From: an uncultured delta proteobacterium
GTDB taxonomy: Bacteria > Desulfobacterota > Desulfobacteria > Desulfobacterales > Desulfosalsimonadaceae
Assembly (NCBI GenBank): GCA_963826785.1
Contig: CAWGYD010000001.1
Coordinates: 448,001 to 512,000, forward strand
DNA: 64,000 bases
Direction: 5' to 3'
Below are positions 1 to 10,287 of this stretch, one piece after another. The position numbers and the translations under genes are program-made. Each line of letters opens with the position of its first letter. Position 1 is the stretch's first letter. The notes under the pieces are model-generated. The model was not told the DNA's origin. It did no database searches and saw nothing but the letters and a program-made list of their open reading frames with translations.

Positions 1-2
1 TT

Positions 3-338
3 TACAAATTCGGCGCCATCGATCTGGATTACAGCGCCCTCAACCCTTTTTACCTGGTGATGTGGGAAGCCATCCGCCGCCTTGCCGAAAGCGGATCGGC
101 CGGTCTGTGCTTCGGCCGGACCGAGCCTGAAAACAAGGGGCTCATCCAGTTCAAGGACGGGTGGGGAGGCGAAAAGAGGACCATCCATTACTACCGGTAC
201 GACCTGAAGCGCAAAAACTTCATGGAGAAACCCGCCACCCGGAATCCGGAGGACAGCCGGATCAACCGGATTTTCTCCCGCACGCCTATCCCGTTTTTAC
301 AGCTGGCCGGAAATATCCTCTACCGGCACATGGGGTAG
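3..338 (+). CDS. GNAT/FemAB-like acetyltransferase, C-terminal part (5' end outside window)
   Basis: Frame is open from base 3 (YKFGAIDLDYSALNPFYLVMWEAI...FGRTEPENKGLIQFKDGWGG), the typical C-terminus of FemAB/GNAT_6 proteins. Confidence 0.7.
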   Translation, partial: YKFGAIDLDYSALNPFYLVMWEAIRRLAESGSAGLCFGRTEPENKGLIQFKDGWGGEKRTIHYYRYDLKRKNFMEKPATRNPEDSRINRIFSRTPIPFLQLAGNILYRHMG

Positions 339-500
339 CCTCCGAAACCGATTTCAAAGTCATATCCCCTGCGAAAAAATCGTTTTAATTCGACCCTCCC
401 GATTTTCCCTTCATTGACCATTTTCGAAAAAGCCGCCTGATTTTCCAACAATATGCAGCGTTGTCCGCCTTTTTTGTTGCCGCTGACGCCCGGTCTTTCC

Positions 501-526
501 TTTACAGGGTGTAAAACGTTTTGACA
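501..526. promoter_or_regulatory. Putative sigma54-activator binding site (UAS) TTTACA-N3-TGTAAAA-N3-TTTGACA
   Basis: tttacagggtgtaaaacgttttgaca, 110 bp upstream of the sigma54 promoter at 636; the same motif recurs at 9062 and partially at 19507. Confidence 0.6.
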
Positions 527-604
527 TGAATTTTATGCGAAACCCGTGTGATTTCTGGCAATAAAACCGGTTTTTTCGCCAATGGGCAAGTTTAATTTCT
601 TATA

Positions 605-617
605 TATCAAGTATTTA
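605..617 (+). promoter_or_regulatory. IHF-like binding site
   Basis: tatcaagtattta matches WATCAANNNNTTR and lies between the UAS and the sigma54 promoter in an AT-rich stretch. Confidence 0.5.
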
Positions 618-635
618 TCTGTTTATAAATGGGAT

Positions 636-651
636 TGGCATACTGCTTGCT
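636..651 (+). promoter_or_regulatory. sigma54 (-24/-12) promoter
   Basis: TGGCATACTGCTTGCT with exact GG-N10-GC spacing. Confidence 0.75.
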
Positions 652-697
652 CAATCGGTTTGCAGCGATACTTCACCCGAAAGGCGGAAAAGCGAAC

Positions 698-1108
698 GTG
701 TTTACGATTCTTATTGCCGATCCTTACAAGCATATGCGCGATTTTTTGCGGCGGGAGCTGGCCGCTGCCGGGTATTCCATTACTGAAGTGATCAGCCACA
801 AAGATCTGTTTCCCGGAATCCGGCAGCCGCATCCCCCGGACCTCATCGTGATGGATCTGGATCTTCAGCACTGGCGCAGCATGGACCATCTGAAAAAAAT
901 TCATGACATGGTCCCCTCCATACCGGTCATCATCTATTCCAACCGCACGGAATACGAATCCCATCCAGAGGTGGCCCGGGCCGAGGCATTCATTGAAAAA
1001 GACAGCGATCCGACGGTGCTGATGGCCGCCATTTCCGGGGTGCTGCAGAAGCATTACGGTCACCGGTGGGCATCGGAATCGCCCAGAGAACAACCCCCCC
1101 TGAGATGA
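698..1108 (+). CDS. Single-domain response regulator receiver
   Basis: ILIAD...PDLIVMDLDL...PVIIYS...AFIEK. GTG start at 698 preferred because the ORF-track start (629) overlaps the sigma54 promoter. Confidence 0.8.
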   Translation: MFTILIADPYKHMRDFLRRELAAAGYSITEVISHKDLFPGIRQPHPPDLIVMDLDLQHWRSMDHLKKIHDMVPSIPVIIYSNRTEYESHPEVARAEAFIEKDSDPTVLMAAISGVLQKHYGHRWASESPREQPPLR

Positions 1109-2862
1109 GGCAGCCGGATATGTCTAAAAAAAAGAACATTGCAGCGGACCCGGTCCGGATCAATGTTTCATCGAATGATACCCGAAATTACTTCCGGCGC
1201 CTGAAAAAGCGCCTCCAGTTTTCCATCATTGCCGCCTTTATCCTTCCCCTGGCCATCCTGTCGATCTATTTCCACTTCCAGTTCAACATGACCTTAACGC
1301 AGAGCGGGAAACTCCACCTGATTTCACTGGCCGAAAGCCTGCGCAATACCATCGACCTGTTTCTCCAGGAGCGGGTGATCAATATATTCAACCTGTTTCA
1401 CAGCAGGGACTTCAGCGTCACCCCCAACCAGGCGGAAATGAACCAGTATCTGCAGAACCTCATGGAAACCTCCGATGCCTTCGTGGATGTGGGGTTTCTG
1501 GACGCAAACGGCATGCAGGTCGGCTATGCGGGGCCTTTTCCGTATCTGCATGGAAAAGATTACAGCAAAGAGAACTGGTTTATCTCCCTCATGAGCCAGG
1601 AGGAAAATTATTATATCAGCGATATCTACATGGGGTTCCGGAACAAACCCCACACCACCATTGCGGTCCGCCAGATCGTGAGCGGCCGGAAATACGTGAT
1701 GCGGGCGACCATCGATCCGGATAAGTTCTTCCTGTTTCTGCACCTGCTGGAAAGGGGCAAGGAAGTGGACGCCGCCCTGGTCAATCGCGAAGGAAAATAC
1801 CAGGTGGTGGACCCCATAGAGGGAGGCGTGCTGGGGAAGAGCCATTTCAATCTGCCGGTCGATGACGCCACCGGGGTCGTGGAGAGCCGGTTCGCCGGCG
1901 GCCCCGAACTGGTCGCCTGGGCCTGGCTCAAGGAAGTTCCCTGGTGCCTGGTGGTCCGTCAGCCGTTGAACATCGCCTATGCCCAGATGTACCACGCGCG
2001 CCGCATCATCATCTTATTCACCATCGTGGTGGTGATCGTCCTGATTGCAGCCATCTGGTTCAGCACGGAGCGGCTCCTGAGCCGGGCGGAAGAAACGGAG
2101 GAAGCCCGCAGGCAGCTGAAATCCGAGCTTTACCATGCCGCCAAGCTGGTGTCCGTGGGAGAACTGGCCGCAGGCGTCGCCCATGAAATCAACAACCCCC
2201 TGGCCATCATCGCCTCCCAATGCGGGGTGATCAAAGACATGTTCGACCCGGAGCTGGGGGGCGGAGAGATCACCCCTGAAATGCCCGGCCAGATCATAGA
2301 AGAGCTCGATATCATCAACGAGGCGGTGTTCCGGGCAAAAGACATTACGTCAAAGCTGCTCAAATCCGCCCGAAAGGAAGAAGCCCGCCTGGTCGACAGC
2401 GATGTCAACCAGATACTGGAAGATGTGGTGGGCGGCCTGATGGAAAAGGAAATGGAGATCGAAGACATCTCCCTGGTGAGAGATTATGCGCAGAACCTGC
2501 CCAGGGTCCTGCTGGATCCGGACCAGATCCGCCAGGTGTTTCAGAACCTGATCAACAACGCCGTCGATGCCATCGAGGGACCGGGAAAAATCACCCTGTC
2601 CACCCGCCGGGAAGAGGACCGGGTCAAAATCACGGTTTCGGATACCGGAAAAGGCATCCCTCCGGAGGTCATGGGCAGAATTTTCATGCCCTTTTTTACC
2701 ACCAAAGAGGCGGGCCGGGGGACCGGGCTGGGGCTGGGCATCAGCCTGAGCATCGTCGAGGCGATGAACGGCAGCATTACCGTGCAGAGCATTCCGGGTG
2801 CCGGCAGTTCATTTACCATATCCCTGCCCGTATCGCCCGGAAACGGGAAGAATCACAAATAG
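1105..2862 (+). CDS. Membrane sensor histidine kinase with Cache-type periplasmic domain (NtrB-like)
   Basis: Two TM segments, H-box [13 protein letters not shown]-box [30 protein letters not shown] overlap with the upstream receiver. Confidence 0.92.
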   Translation: MRQPDMSKKKNIAADPVRINVSSNDTRNYFRRLKKRLQFSIIAAFILPLAILSIYFHFQFNMTLTQSGKLHLISLAESLRNTIDLFLQERVINIFNLFHSRDFSVTPNQAEMNQYLQNLMETSDAFVDVGFLDANGMQVGYAGPFPYLHGKDYSKENWFISLMSQEENYYISDIYMGFRNKPHTTIAVRQIVSGRKYVMRATIDPDKFFLFLHLLERGKEVDAALVNREGKYQVVDPIEGGVLGKSHFNLPVDDATGVVESRFAGGPELVAWAWLKEVPWCLVVRQPLNIAYAQMYHARRIIILFTIVVVIVLIAAIWFSTERLLSRAEETEEARRQLKSELYHAAKLVSVGELAAGVAHEINNPLAIIASQCGVIKDMFDPELGGGEITPEMPGQIIEELDIINEAVFRAKDITSKLLKSARKEEARLVDSDVNQILEDVVGGLMEKEMEIEDISLVRDYAQNLPRVLLDPDQIRQVFQNLINNAVDAIEGPGKITLSTRREEDRVKITVSDTGKGIPPEVMGRIFMPFFTTKEAGRGTGLGLGISLSIVEAMNGSITVQSIPGAGSSFTISLPVSPGNGKNHK

Positions 2863-2932
2863 AACATGCCGCAGGTCGGCATTCAGTTTACCCGGATTTC
2901 ACACATAACATTTTTGAATTGGGAAAGGAGTC

Positions 2933-4795
2933 ATGATGGCGGTTCGCAAAGAAAAGGCCCAGGCCACCGGTTATGACAAGTATGTGGATTGGAAGATATT
3001 CAGCATCCCCGTGGCATTGCTCATCTTGATTCTGGCCATGCCCACCCCCTATGGGATGAAGGATGTGGGGATGGAATACCAGGTGGGGCCCAAGGTGGTG
3101 AAAAATTATTTCACCGAGCAGTTATTCCACGTGGACAGCAGCCAGGCCGAGCAGTGGCAGCTGCTGGTCGCCCAGCTGATGGAAAAGAACATGGACATGG
3201 GCGCGTTTTCAAAGAAGCGCTTCATGAGCCGGGATGCCAAATGGGCAAAGAAATACGGCATTGCCGTGGACGGCAAGAACCTGGAAAAAGCCAAAACCTT
3301 CATCGATGCGCAGGTTTCCGATGAAGCGTTCAAGCAGCTGATGCAGTCCGCCTTCGAGCTGAGAAGAGAGGGCCTCAAATACGAAGACCTTTCCCCCAGC
3401 CAGAAAGAGGCGGCGGACAAGGGCGCCTGGCAGTGAAAGTGGCCATCGCCATGATGGCTTTCGTGGTGCTCTGTTTTCTGACCGAATGCATCCCGCTGCC
3501 CGGGGTGGCCTTTGCATCGGCCTGATCCTGGTGTTTACCGGGGTGGTTTCCAGAAGCGACATGCCGGGAATGTACTGGGACGACGCGGTCTGGTTTATCA
3601 TGGGCAGCCTGATGTTCGCCGCGGCTTTCGTCAAGACCGGGGTGGACAAGCGGGTCTGCCTGATGATGTTCAAGCGACTGGCGAAGCCCAACGTCAAGAT
3701 GGATCACCTTGATTTTTTTCATCATCATCGCGCCCGCTGGCCGCCTTCATATCCGATCATGCCCTGGCGGCCATGTTCCTGCCCATCGGCATCCTGCTCT
3801 ACCAGAACAGCCTGACCGAGGAAACCCCCGAGGACCCGGAGCTGGGCAAGATGCTGATGATCGCCATCGCCATGGCCTGCAACATCGGCGGCCCCGGCGC
3901 ACCCTCGGGCGGCGCCCGCAACGTCATCATGATGACCTATCTCAACGACATGTTCGGCATGGACATCGGCTATTTCCAGTGGATCACCTACTGCATGCCC
4001 TTCGTGCTGATCATGATCCCGATCACCTGGTTTCTGGTCAACTGGCGGTTCAAGCCCACGATTCATTCCCTGGCCCCGGCCATGGCGCACCTGCAGCGTG
4101 AAATCGGACGCATGGGCAACTGGAACCGGAAGCAGATCTCGGCCTTGATCATTTTCATGGTCATGGTGTTCGGCTGGTTCACGGAAAAAACCTTCTATGA
4201 AATGGGCATCCTGCCGATCCGGCTGGGCATCGGCGTGATCGCGGTGGCCGGTGCGGTGGCCTACCTGTTTGCCGGGGTGGTCAACTGGCGGGACTACCAG
4301 GAGAGGGTGGACTGGGGCGTGGTCTGGCTGTATGCCGGCGCCATCATCTTCGGCCGCACTCTGGACCAGACCGGCGCGGCTTACTGGATCGCCCGGTCGG
4401 TGATCGACCTGATGGCGCCGCTGGGGCTGAATGCCGGACTGCCGCTGATGGCCGTGTCCAACGGCCTGACCGCGGTCATGACCAACCTGATGGCCGACGG
4501 CCCCGCCGCCGCCGCGGTGGGCCCCATCACCCTGAACATGGCCGGCCTGGTCCATCCGGGGACCACCTTCCTGCCGTTTATGGCCATGTCCACCGCCATC
4601 GCTTCTTCTTTCGCCTACTGCCTGATTATCGGTACGCCGCCCAATGCCATCGTCTATGCCAGCGGGTACCTGGAGCCCAAGGATTATCTCCGGGTGGGCA
4701 TCCCCCTGTGGTTTTTTGCCAACATCCTGCTGCTGCTCCTGGTGGGCGGTTTCTGGGCGTTCCGGGGATTCGGGGAAATGGCGATGTTTTATTAG
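2933..4795 (+). CDS. DASS/SLC13 family sodium:anion (dicarboxylate/sulfate) symporter, interrupted by four 1-bp indels
   Basis: Fragments join to ...AWQVKVAIAMMAF...ECIPLPGVAFCIGL...VRWITLIFFIIIAPLAAFISDHALAAMFLPIG...NIGGPGAPSGGARN...IGTPPNAIVY. Indels near 3433, 3513, 3698 and 3734 lie in homopolymers and restore the frame overall. Confidence 0.85.
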
Positions 4796-4834
4796 CGCTT
4801 CATCGGCACCGATGAGGGATGAAAGGAGATTGAT

Positions 4835-4987
4835 ATGAATCCGCAAACCAATGAAAACCGTGAAAAAACTTTCGTCTATAAAGACGGCCGGATCTATTTT
4901 ACCAAAAGGACCGAGCGCCTGTTTTTCTTTGTCCTCACCCTCGTGATGCTCGGCTGGGGGGTTTGCCTGAAACTTGCGATCTTTTAG
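4835..4987 (+). CDS. Small 50-aa single-TM membrane protein (absent from the ORF track)
   Basis: RBS AAGGAG; MNPQTNENREKTFVYKDGRIYFTKRTERLFFFVLTLVMLGWGVCLKLAIF*; fills the operon gap, and its stop overlaps the next RBS. Confidence 0.7.
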   Translation: MNPQTNENREKTFVYKDGRIYFTKRTERLFFFVLTLVMLGWGVCLKLAIF

Positions 4988-4997
4988 GAGTCATCCG

Positions 4998-5519
4998 ATG
5001 GAAAATGGAAATGGGCGATTTACCGCCGGATATTATTTCGGCACCCTGACCCGGGTGCTGGGACAGCCGAAAACCTTTTTCCGGCAATTGCCGGCAGAGA
5101 CGGGCTTTGTCCAGCCGGCGGGATTTTTGATGGTATCCTCGGCTTTTTTTACCGGGGCCTGCCTGCTGACCCAGTCCTTTGACCGTCCGCTGCTCACCGG
5201 CGGCATCTTCTTTGTCAATGCCGTGGGAATGACTTTTATCGCGGCGGCATTGGGATATCTTTCCATGTCGATGATCGCCGGCCGGAAAGCGGACTTTGCA
5301 AGAATATTTTCGGTTTACGCGTTTTCAACGGGGATAACGCTGCTGGCCACCTGGATTCCTTTGTTCATCTGGCTGACGGAACCCTGGAAATGGATCCTCA
5401 TCGGCTCGGGGCTGACGATATCCTGCGGTCTGAAATGGACCCAGTCGCTTATGGTGATCGGGATGTCCATCGGCATCATGATCCTGTTCTTCAGCGCCCT
5501 TCTGCCCCTGATCGTCTGA
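4998..5519 (+). CDS. YIP1-family membrane protein
   Basis: AGGAG RBS; VLGQPKTFFRQL start motif followed by five hydrophobic helices. Confidence 0.7.
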   Translation: MENGNGRFTAGYYFGTLTRVLGQPKTFFRQLPAETGFVQPAGFLMVSSAFFTGACLLTQSFDRPLLTGGIFFVNAVGMTFIAAALGYLSMSMIAGRKADFARIFSVYAFSTGITLLATWIPLFIWLTEPWKWILIGSGLTISCGLKWTQSLMVIGMSIGIMILFFSALLPLIV

Positions 5520-5574
5520 AAGACGGCAAAACGATGATTCGAAAACCGCTCAATTGAATATGGAGATAACGAAT

Positions 5575-6480
5575 ATGGAAAAGAAAATTAAAGTGTTGAT
5601 GGTGGACGATGAGGCCCAGTTCCGGGCGACCACGAACAAGATCCTGACCCGGCGGGGGTTTGACACCGTGATGGCGGAAAGCGGAAATGCGGCCATCGAG
5701 AAGCTCTCGGAGAACCCGGACGTGGTGATTTTAGATATCAAAATGGCCGGAATGGACGGCATCGAGACGTTAAAGGTTATCAAGAAGCGAAAACCGGACC
5801 TGCCGGTGATCATGCTGACCGGCCACGGGGATGAGTCGTCTGCCATGGAGGCCTACAAGGAAGGGGCATTCGATTACCTGACCAAGCCCTGCGACATCGA
5901 CGTGATGGTGGGCAAAATCCGGGATGCCCACAAAAAGCAGGTGGTGCCGAAGGAATCGACGGAGAAGTCGGTGGCCGACATCATGATCCCCATTGCCGAA
6001 TACACCACCGTCACGGGCGAGACCACGGTCAAGGCGGCGATCGCGGAAATCAAGAAATCGTTTACCACCAGAATCTCCACGTCGAAAATCATGGAAACGG
6101 GCCACCGTTCCGTCATCGTACTGGATGAGGCGACCCGCAGGGTCAAGGGCGTGCTGACCATCGCCGATCTCATGAAAATGATCATGCCGGGATACCTGTT
6201 CGCCCCCAAGCCGTCCCTGGCGGACACCATCCAGTACTCCCCCATGTTCTGGAAGGGAATGTTCACCTCCGATATCCGCCGGAATGCATCGCTCAAGGTT
6301 TCGGAAGTCATGTCGCCGGCCCCGCACATGATCGAGGGGGATGCCTCCCTCATGGAAGCCACCTACATGATGGTGCAAAACCGGGTTCGCCGCCTGCTCG
6401 TGACCGTCGGGGGAGAGGTCGCCGGCATCGTCCGCGAGCAGGATGTGTTCTTTGAAATGGAAAAAATATTGGGGATATAA
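5575..6480 (+). CDS. Response regulator receiver fused to a CBS-domain pair
   Basis: VLMVDDE...ILDIKM...MLTGHG...YLTKP, then CBS repeats (VADIMIP; VSEVMSP...VRRLLV...GIVREQD). Confidence 0.88.
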   Translation: MEKKIKVLMVDDEAQFRATTNKILTRRGFDTVMAESGNAAIEKLSENPDVVILDIKMAGMDGIETLKVIKKRKPDLPVIMLTGHGDESSAMEAYKEGAFDYLTKPCDIDVMVGKIRDAHKKQVVPKESTEKSVADIMIPIAEYTTVTGETTVKAAIAEIKKSFTTRISTSKIMETGHRSVIVLDEATRRVKGVLTIADLMKMIMPGYLFAPKPSLADTIQYSPMFWKGMFTSDIRRNASLKVSEVMSPAPHMIEGDASLMEATYMMVQNRVRRLLVTVGGEVAGIVREQDVFFEMEKILGI

Positions 6481-6561
6481 AAGATTAGGGTTATTGTATA
6501 ATAGATATCATCGGATGATGAAATTAAATCAATTTAAAACTAAACGAAAAGGAGGGGCTCG

Positions 6562-7650
6562 ATGAGATCAAAAACCATCTTATGCCGTATTTTATGGATT
6601 TTCGGAGTGATGTTGTTAGCGGCTCCGCCTGTTTTTTCGGCGCCGGTGACGGTGAGTGATTATCTGGAAAACATGTCCATCAGCGGAGACTTGCGCATCC
6701 GGTTCGATTATCTGAAGCGGGACCTGCCCGATGAAGATGAACGGGAGCGGCTCCAGCAGCGGTTCCGGATCGGCATGGCCTGGGACAATCCTTCGGAGAA
6801 ATGGACCATCGCCGCCGGACTGGCCACCGGCGGCCTGGATGCCAATTCCACCAATGCGACCTATTCCCAGGACACCATTTTCGAAACCGACGATATCCGG
6901 CTGGATTACGCTTTTGCGGCCCACAAACTAAATGACAGGTTCTCATTCTTGGCCGGTCAGCAGAAAAACCCCTATGCCACCACCTGGGCCCTGTGGGATT
7001 CGGATGTCCGGCCGGTGGGGTTTACCGCCATGGCGGATGTAAAGCCCGTATTTATCACCGCGGGCTGGTATGATGTCCGGTATATCGACAACGACATCGC
7101 CTGGATGGAAGCGGTACAGGCCGGCCTTAAACTGGATTGGGTCATCACTGCCCTGGCCTTTTACAATTATCACCGGGTGGATGAATTTGTACTGACCGAA
7201 AACATGGATCCGGATTTCAAATACCAGATCATCGATTTTTATGTTGAATCGGAAATCAAGATGGATCCGGTCAAGTTGATTCCCAGGGCCCAGGTTTTTT
7301 ACAATGTCGGGGCAAAAGGGGGACCGGGCCAGAGCATACAAGATGAAAATCTGGATCCGGAAGATGAAAACCTGGGCTGGCTCGCCGGAATCGCCGCTTC
7401 CATGGGCCGGTTCAAGGCGGGGGTGGATTATGCCTATATCGAGGCGGATTCGGTCATCCCGATTCTCACGGATTCGACTTTCGGATCCGCCCTGGGGTCA
7501 ACGGATGTAAAGGGGTGGGTACTGGGCGTCGGCTTTAAACTCACCAAAAACTCCGAGCTCAATGCCACGGCCTTCCTCTATGAGGCCATCGAGCGGAGCC
7601 TGGATCAAAGTCCTGAAAACTACCAGCTGGATTTAGCGTATAAATTTTAG
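6562..7650 (+). CDS. Putative outer-membrane porin (beta-barrel)
   Basis: Signal peptide, SGDLRIRFDY, R-F-R-I-G strand, IRLDYAF, C-terminal QLDLAYKF (BamA signal). Confidence 0.8.
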   Translation: MRSKTILCRILWIFGVMLLAAPPVFSAPVTVSDYLENMSISGDLRIRFDYLKRDLPDEDERERLQQRFRIGMAWDNPSEKWTIAAGLATGGLDANSTNATYSQDTIFETDDIRLDYAFAAHKLNDRFSFLAGQQKNPYATTWALWDSDVRPVGFTAMADVKPVFITAGWYDVRYIDNDIAWMEAVQAGLKLDWVITALAFYNYHRVDEFVLTENMDPDFKYQIIDFYVESEIKMDPVKLIPRAQVFYNVGAKGGPGQSIQDENLDPEDENLGWLAGIAASMGRFKAGVDYAYIEADSVIPILTDSTFGSALGSTDVKGWVLGVGFKLTKNSELNATAFLYEAIERSLDQSPENYQLDLAYKF

Positions 7651-7674
7651 AATATTGCAAACTTGCCCGTTTAT

Positions 7675-7760
7675 GGCGGGAGGATTTCCCCCGCCGTTTC
7701 GTCCGGCAGTCATTACGGCCGCATGTCCCTTTGGCGGAAAATCTGCCAAAGGGTGGCATG
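7675..7760 (+). terminator. Two GC-rich hairpins after the porin gene (probable terminator)
   Basis: ggcggg...cccgcc-gtttc and catgtccctttggcgg-aaaa-tctgccaaagggtggcatg. Confidence 0.45.
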
Positions 7761-7779
7761 GAAGGAACTTAATTCAGTA

Positions 7780-8024
7780 GATTTCTCACCGGTCCAACAC
7801 CCCCCTGACCCCCCTCGAGGGGGGAATTTGATCGTAATTTCAAGGATCTAATTCCCAATTGGGGGTGGGAATTTCATAAGGCTTCAAGTCTCACCCCCTC
7901 TTGAATGGGAATTTCTTCGTAATTTCAAGGTCTAATCCCCCCTTGAGGGGGGTAAAGGGGGGTGTACCGGCGGCGGCCGTTACGATTCGAAAGTTCCTTT
8001 CTGTAAAAACACCGCGCAGCGGGG
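7780..8024 (+). repeat. ~245-bp REP-doublet (REPIN/MITE-like) element, left copy
   Basis: Contains inverted REPs ACACCCCCCTGACCCCCCTCGAGGGGGGAATT (7797) and its reverse (7934-7965); aligns throughout with the reverse complement of 8573-8824. Confidence 0.85.
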
Positions 8025-8263
8025 TGATCGCCTTTTACGGCTCCATTAATTTCCGCATTAAAAAATACCATCGATGCCCGGTTTTAAATTCCAGCCATAA
8101 TTGCAGATTCTATTTTGAATGATGGGTAAGTGAAATTCATGAAGACCGATTTTTTGCCGGCTTCAGGGTGAAGCATTATCTTTATTAACGCTTAACGGAC
8201 CTCGTCACCGGAACCAATGTCCGGTGTTCAATACGAAACATATATACAGAAGGACCCTCACGG

Positions 8264-8551
8264 ATGGCGGCAAATTTCAGGATTTCACAAAACAGACGCA
8301 GCAATACGCTTTATCTGAAGCTGTCGGGTGATTTTGACGGCACTTCGGCGCTTGAGCTCATCCATGTACTCATGAACTGCCCTTCCGATATCGGTAAGAT
8401 CTATATCGACACCTGCGGCCTGACATCGCTTCAGTCATTCGGACAGAATGTATTTCTAAAAAATTGCGCGGTTTCCAGAAATATGTTCAATAAAATGATA
8501 TTTACCGGAAATTACGGGCGCCAGATCGCCCCGAGCGGCACGATTCACTGA
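8264..8551 (+). CDS. Small STAS/anti-sigma-factor-antagonist-like protein
   Basis: LYLKLSGDFDGTSA...KIYIDTCGLTSLQSFG resembles the STAS signature (l.G.lD...DlsgV.fiDSsG); RBS AAGGA. Confidence 0.6.
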   Translation: MAANFRISQNRRSNTLYLKLSGDFDGTSALELIHVLMNCPSDIGKIYIDTCGLTSLQSFGQNVFLKNCAVSRNMFNKMIFTGNYGRQIAPSGTIH

Positions 8552-8572
8552 TTTTTTCATTAGAAGCTCCCG

Positions 8573-8824
8573 CCCCGCTGCGCGTGTTTTGGCGGTAAGG
8601 CGCTTTCGAATCGCCACCCCCGGTACACCCCCCTTTAATTCCCCCCTTAATGGGGGATTAGGCCTTGAAATTACGATTAAATTCCCCTTTCAAGGGCATT
8701 CAAGGGGGGTAAGGCTTGAAGCATTATGAACTTCCCACCCTCAATTGGGGATTAGATCCTCGAAATCGCGATTAAATTCCCCCCTTGAGGGGGGTCAGGG
8801 GGGTGTTGGAGCGGTAGCGAAATC
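8573..8824 (-). repeat. ~250-bp REP-doublet element, right copy inverted relative to 7780-8024
   Basis: Reverse complement reads gatttcgctaccgctccaacacccccctgacccccctcaaggggggaatttaatcgcgatttcgaggatctaatccccaattgagggtggga...gattcgaaag...aaaacacgcgcagcgggg, matching the left copy. Confidence 0.85.
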
Positions 8825-9061
8825 AAAAGATAAACGGGTGAAAAACGTGTTGCCAAATTTAAGTTGCTTGAAAGGGAGACCTCCCTTTTTCCGTAGGTCT
8901 GCGTCTTGCTGTTTTTCCTGATCCGGGATTCAAAACCGATTTACGCGTTATCTGCGCTCATGATCTTATTGCCTGCCTGTCGGCTGCGCCCCCTCAGTAC
9001 GACATGCGGCAATAGTGCCTGGGTATTTTCTGCAGCTTAAGTTTTCCTTCAATTTTATCCT

Positions 9062-9087
9062 TTTACATCCTGTAAAAGAATTTGACA
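9062..9087. promoter_or_regulatory. Putative sigma54-activator site (second copy)
   Basis: tttacatcctgtaaaagaatttgaca, 87 bp upstream of the sigma54 promoter at 9174. Confidence 0.6.
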
Positions 9088-9173
9088 GATTGTTGGGTGC
9101 CCAGCGCCCGCATCGGGCTTTGGGGTGTGCCGCAAAGAACATGAAAATGTGTGTTAAGGTGCCATTGCCGGTC

Positions 9174-9189
9174 TGGCATGTTTTATGCT
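9174..9189 (+). promoter_or_regulatory. sigma54 promoter of the usp gene
   Basis: TGGCATGTTTTATGCT (GG-N10-GC), followed by caatc as at 636. Confidence 0.65.
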
Positions 9190-9250
9190 CAATCAACTTT
9201 GTTGAGGATGCATTCAAAACAAGGGTCAAACACAAAATCGGGGTGATCAG

Positions 9251-10177
9251 ATGAAAGATCAAAAAAAATTACTGGTACTGCTGGACGGCTCGGAACGCGC
9301 CATGAGAACCATTGAATACTTGCAGGCATTCACACCGCTGCACCATATGCGGATGGTACTTTTCCATGTGTTCACGGGGGTCCCGGAATCTTTCCTGGAC
9401 CTGGAAAACCAGGATTTTGCCAAAAAAGCCATGGCCGAGCTGACCGCCTGGGAAAAGACCAAAAAAGATGAAATCAATGCGTTCATGGATCAGGCGGTCG
9501 GGATGCTTGTCGAAGCCGGCATCCCGAAAGATCTGATCGAGGTGCGGATTCATCACCGGGAAGCCGGAATCGCCCGGGATATCCTGAAGGAAGCGGCCGC
9601 CGGGTATGACGCTCTGGTCCTTCGCCGCCGCGGCGCGGGCGCCCTGGAAGGCATTACCATCGGCAGCGTGGCGGAGAAGCTTCTGGGCAAAGTGTCGTTT
9701 CTGCCCATCATGGTGGCCGGCCAGAAGCCGCAGAAGAAGCGGATCCTCATCGCCGTGGACGGCTCGGATGCATCATTCAATGCCGTGTCGTTCACAGCCG
9801 ACCTGCTGGGCGGCCACGGGTATGTCGTGCGGCTGCTCAATGTGATCCGGGGGTTCGGGGGCATTATGTCCGAAACTTCCGATTTCATGATGCCCAATTC
9901 CAATTTCGAGGCCGCCCGCAGCGAAATGGAGATATTCTTCGAAAAGGCGAAAAAAAGGCTGGTGGAAGGCGGAATCGCACCGGAGGACATCTCCGAAAAG
10001 ATCATCACCGGCGTATACAGTCGGGCGGGGGCCATCGTCAAGGAGGCCGAAATCGGTGAATTCAGCACGATCGCAGTCGGTCGCAGGGGGTTGTCGAAGG
10101 TGCAGGAGTTTTACATGGGCCGCGTGAGCAACAAGGTCCTGCACGTGGGGCGCCGGCACACGGTATGGGTGATCTGA
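9251..10177 (+). CDS. Tandem-domain universal stress protein
   Basis: Two USP domains: LLVLLDGSE...RRRG...IGSVAEKLL and ILIAVDGS...VGRRGLS...MGRVSNKVL. Confidence 0.9.
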   Translation: MKDQKKLLVLLDGSERAMRTIEYLQAFTPLHHMRMVLFHVFTGVPESFLDLENQDFAKKAMAELTAWEKTKKDEINAFMDQAVGMLVEAGIPKDLIEVRIHHREAGIARDILKEAAAGYDALVLRRRGAGALEGITIGSVAEKLLGKVSFLPIMVAGQKPQKKRILIAVDGSDASFNAVSFTADLLGGHGYVVRLLNVIRGFGGIMSETSDFMMPNSNFEAARSEMEIFFEKAKKRLVEGGIAPEDISEKIITGVYSRAGAIVKEAEIGEFSTIAVGRRGLSKVQEFYMGRVSNKVLHVGRRHTVWVI

Positions 10178-10287
10178 GCGGGATACTGATTCTTGACGAT
10201 CAGGTTGAACGAAGAAACGGTATCAAGGGCATGTACGGAGTCCCCGAGAGTTGATTAAGAGCCAGATGACAGCACGATTGCCGAAAA

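Noticed and set aside
3434..3436. TGA as selenocysteine or programmed readthrough in the DASS gene
   Set aside because: The homologous-looking sequence continues in a different frame, so a missing base explains the stop
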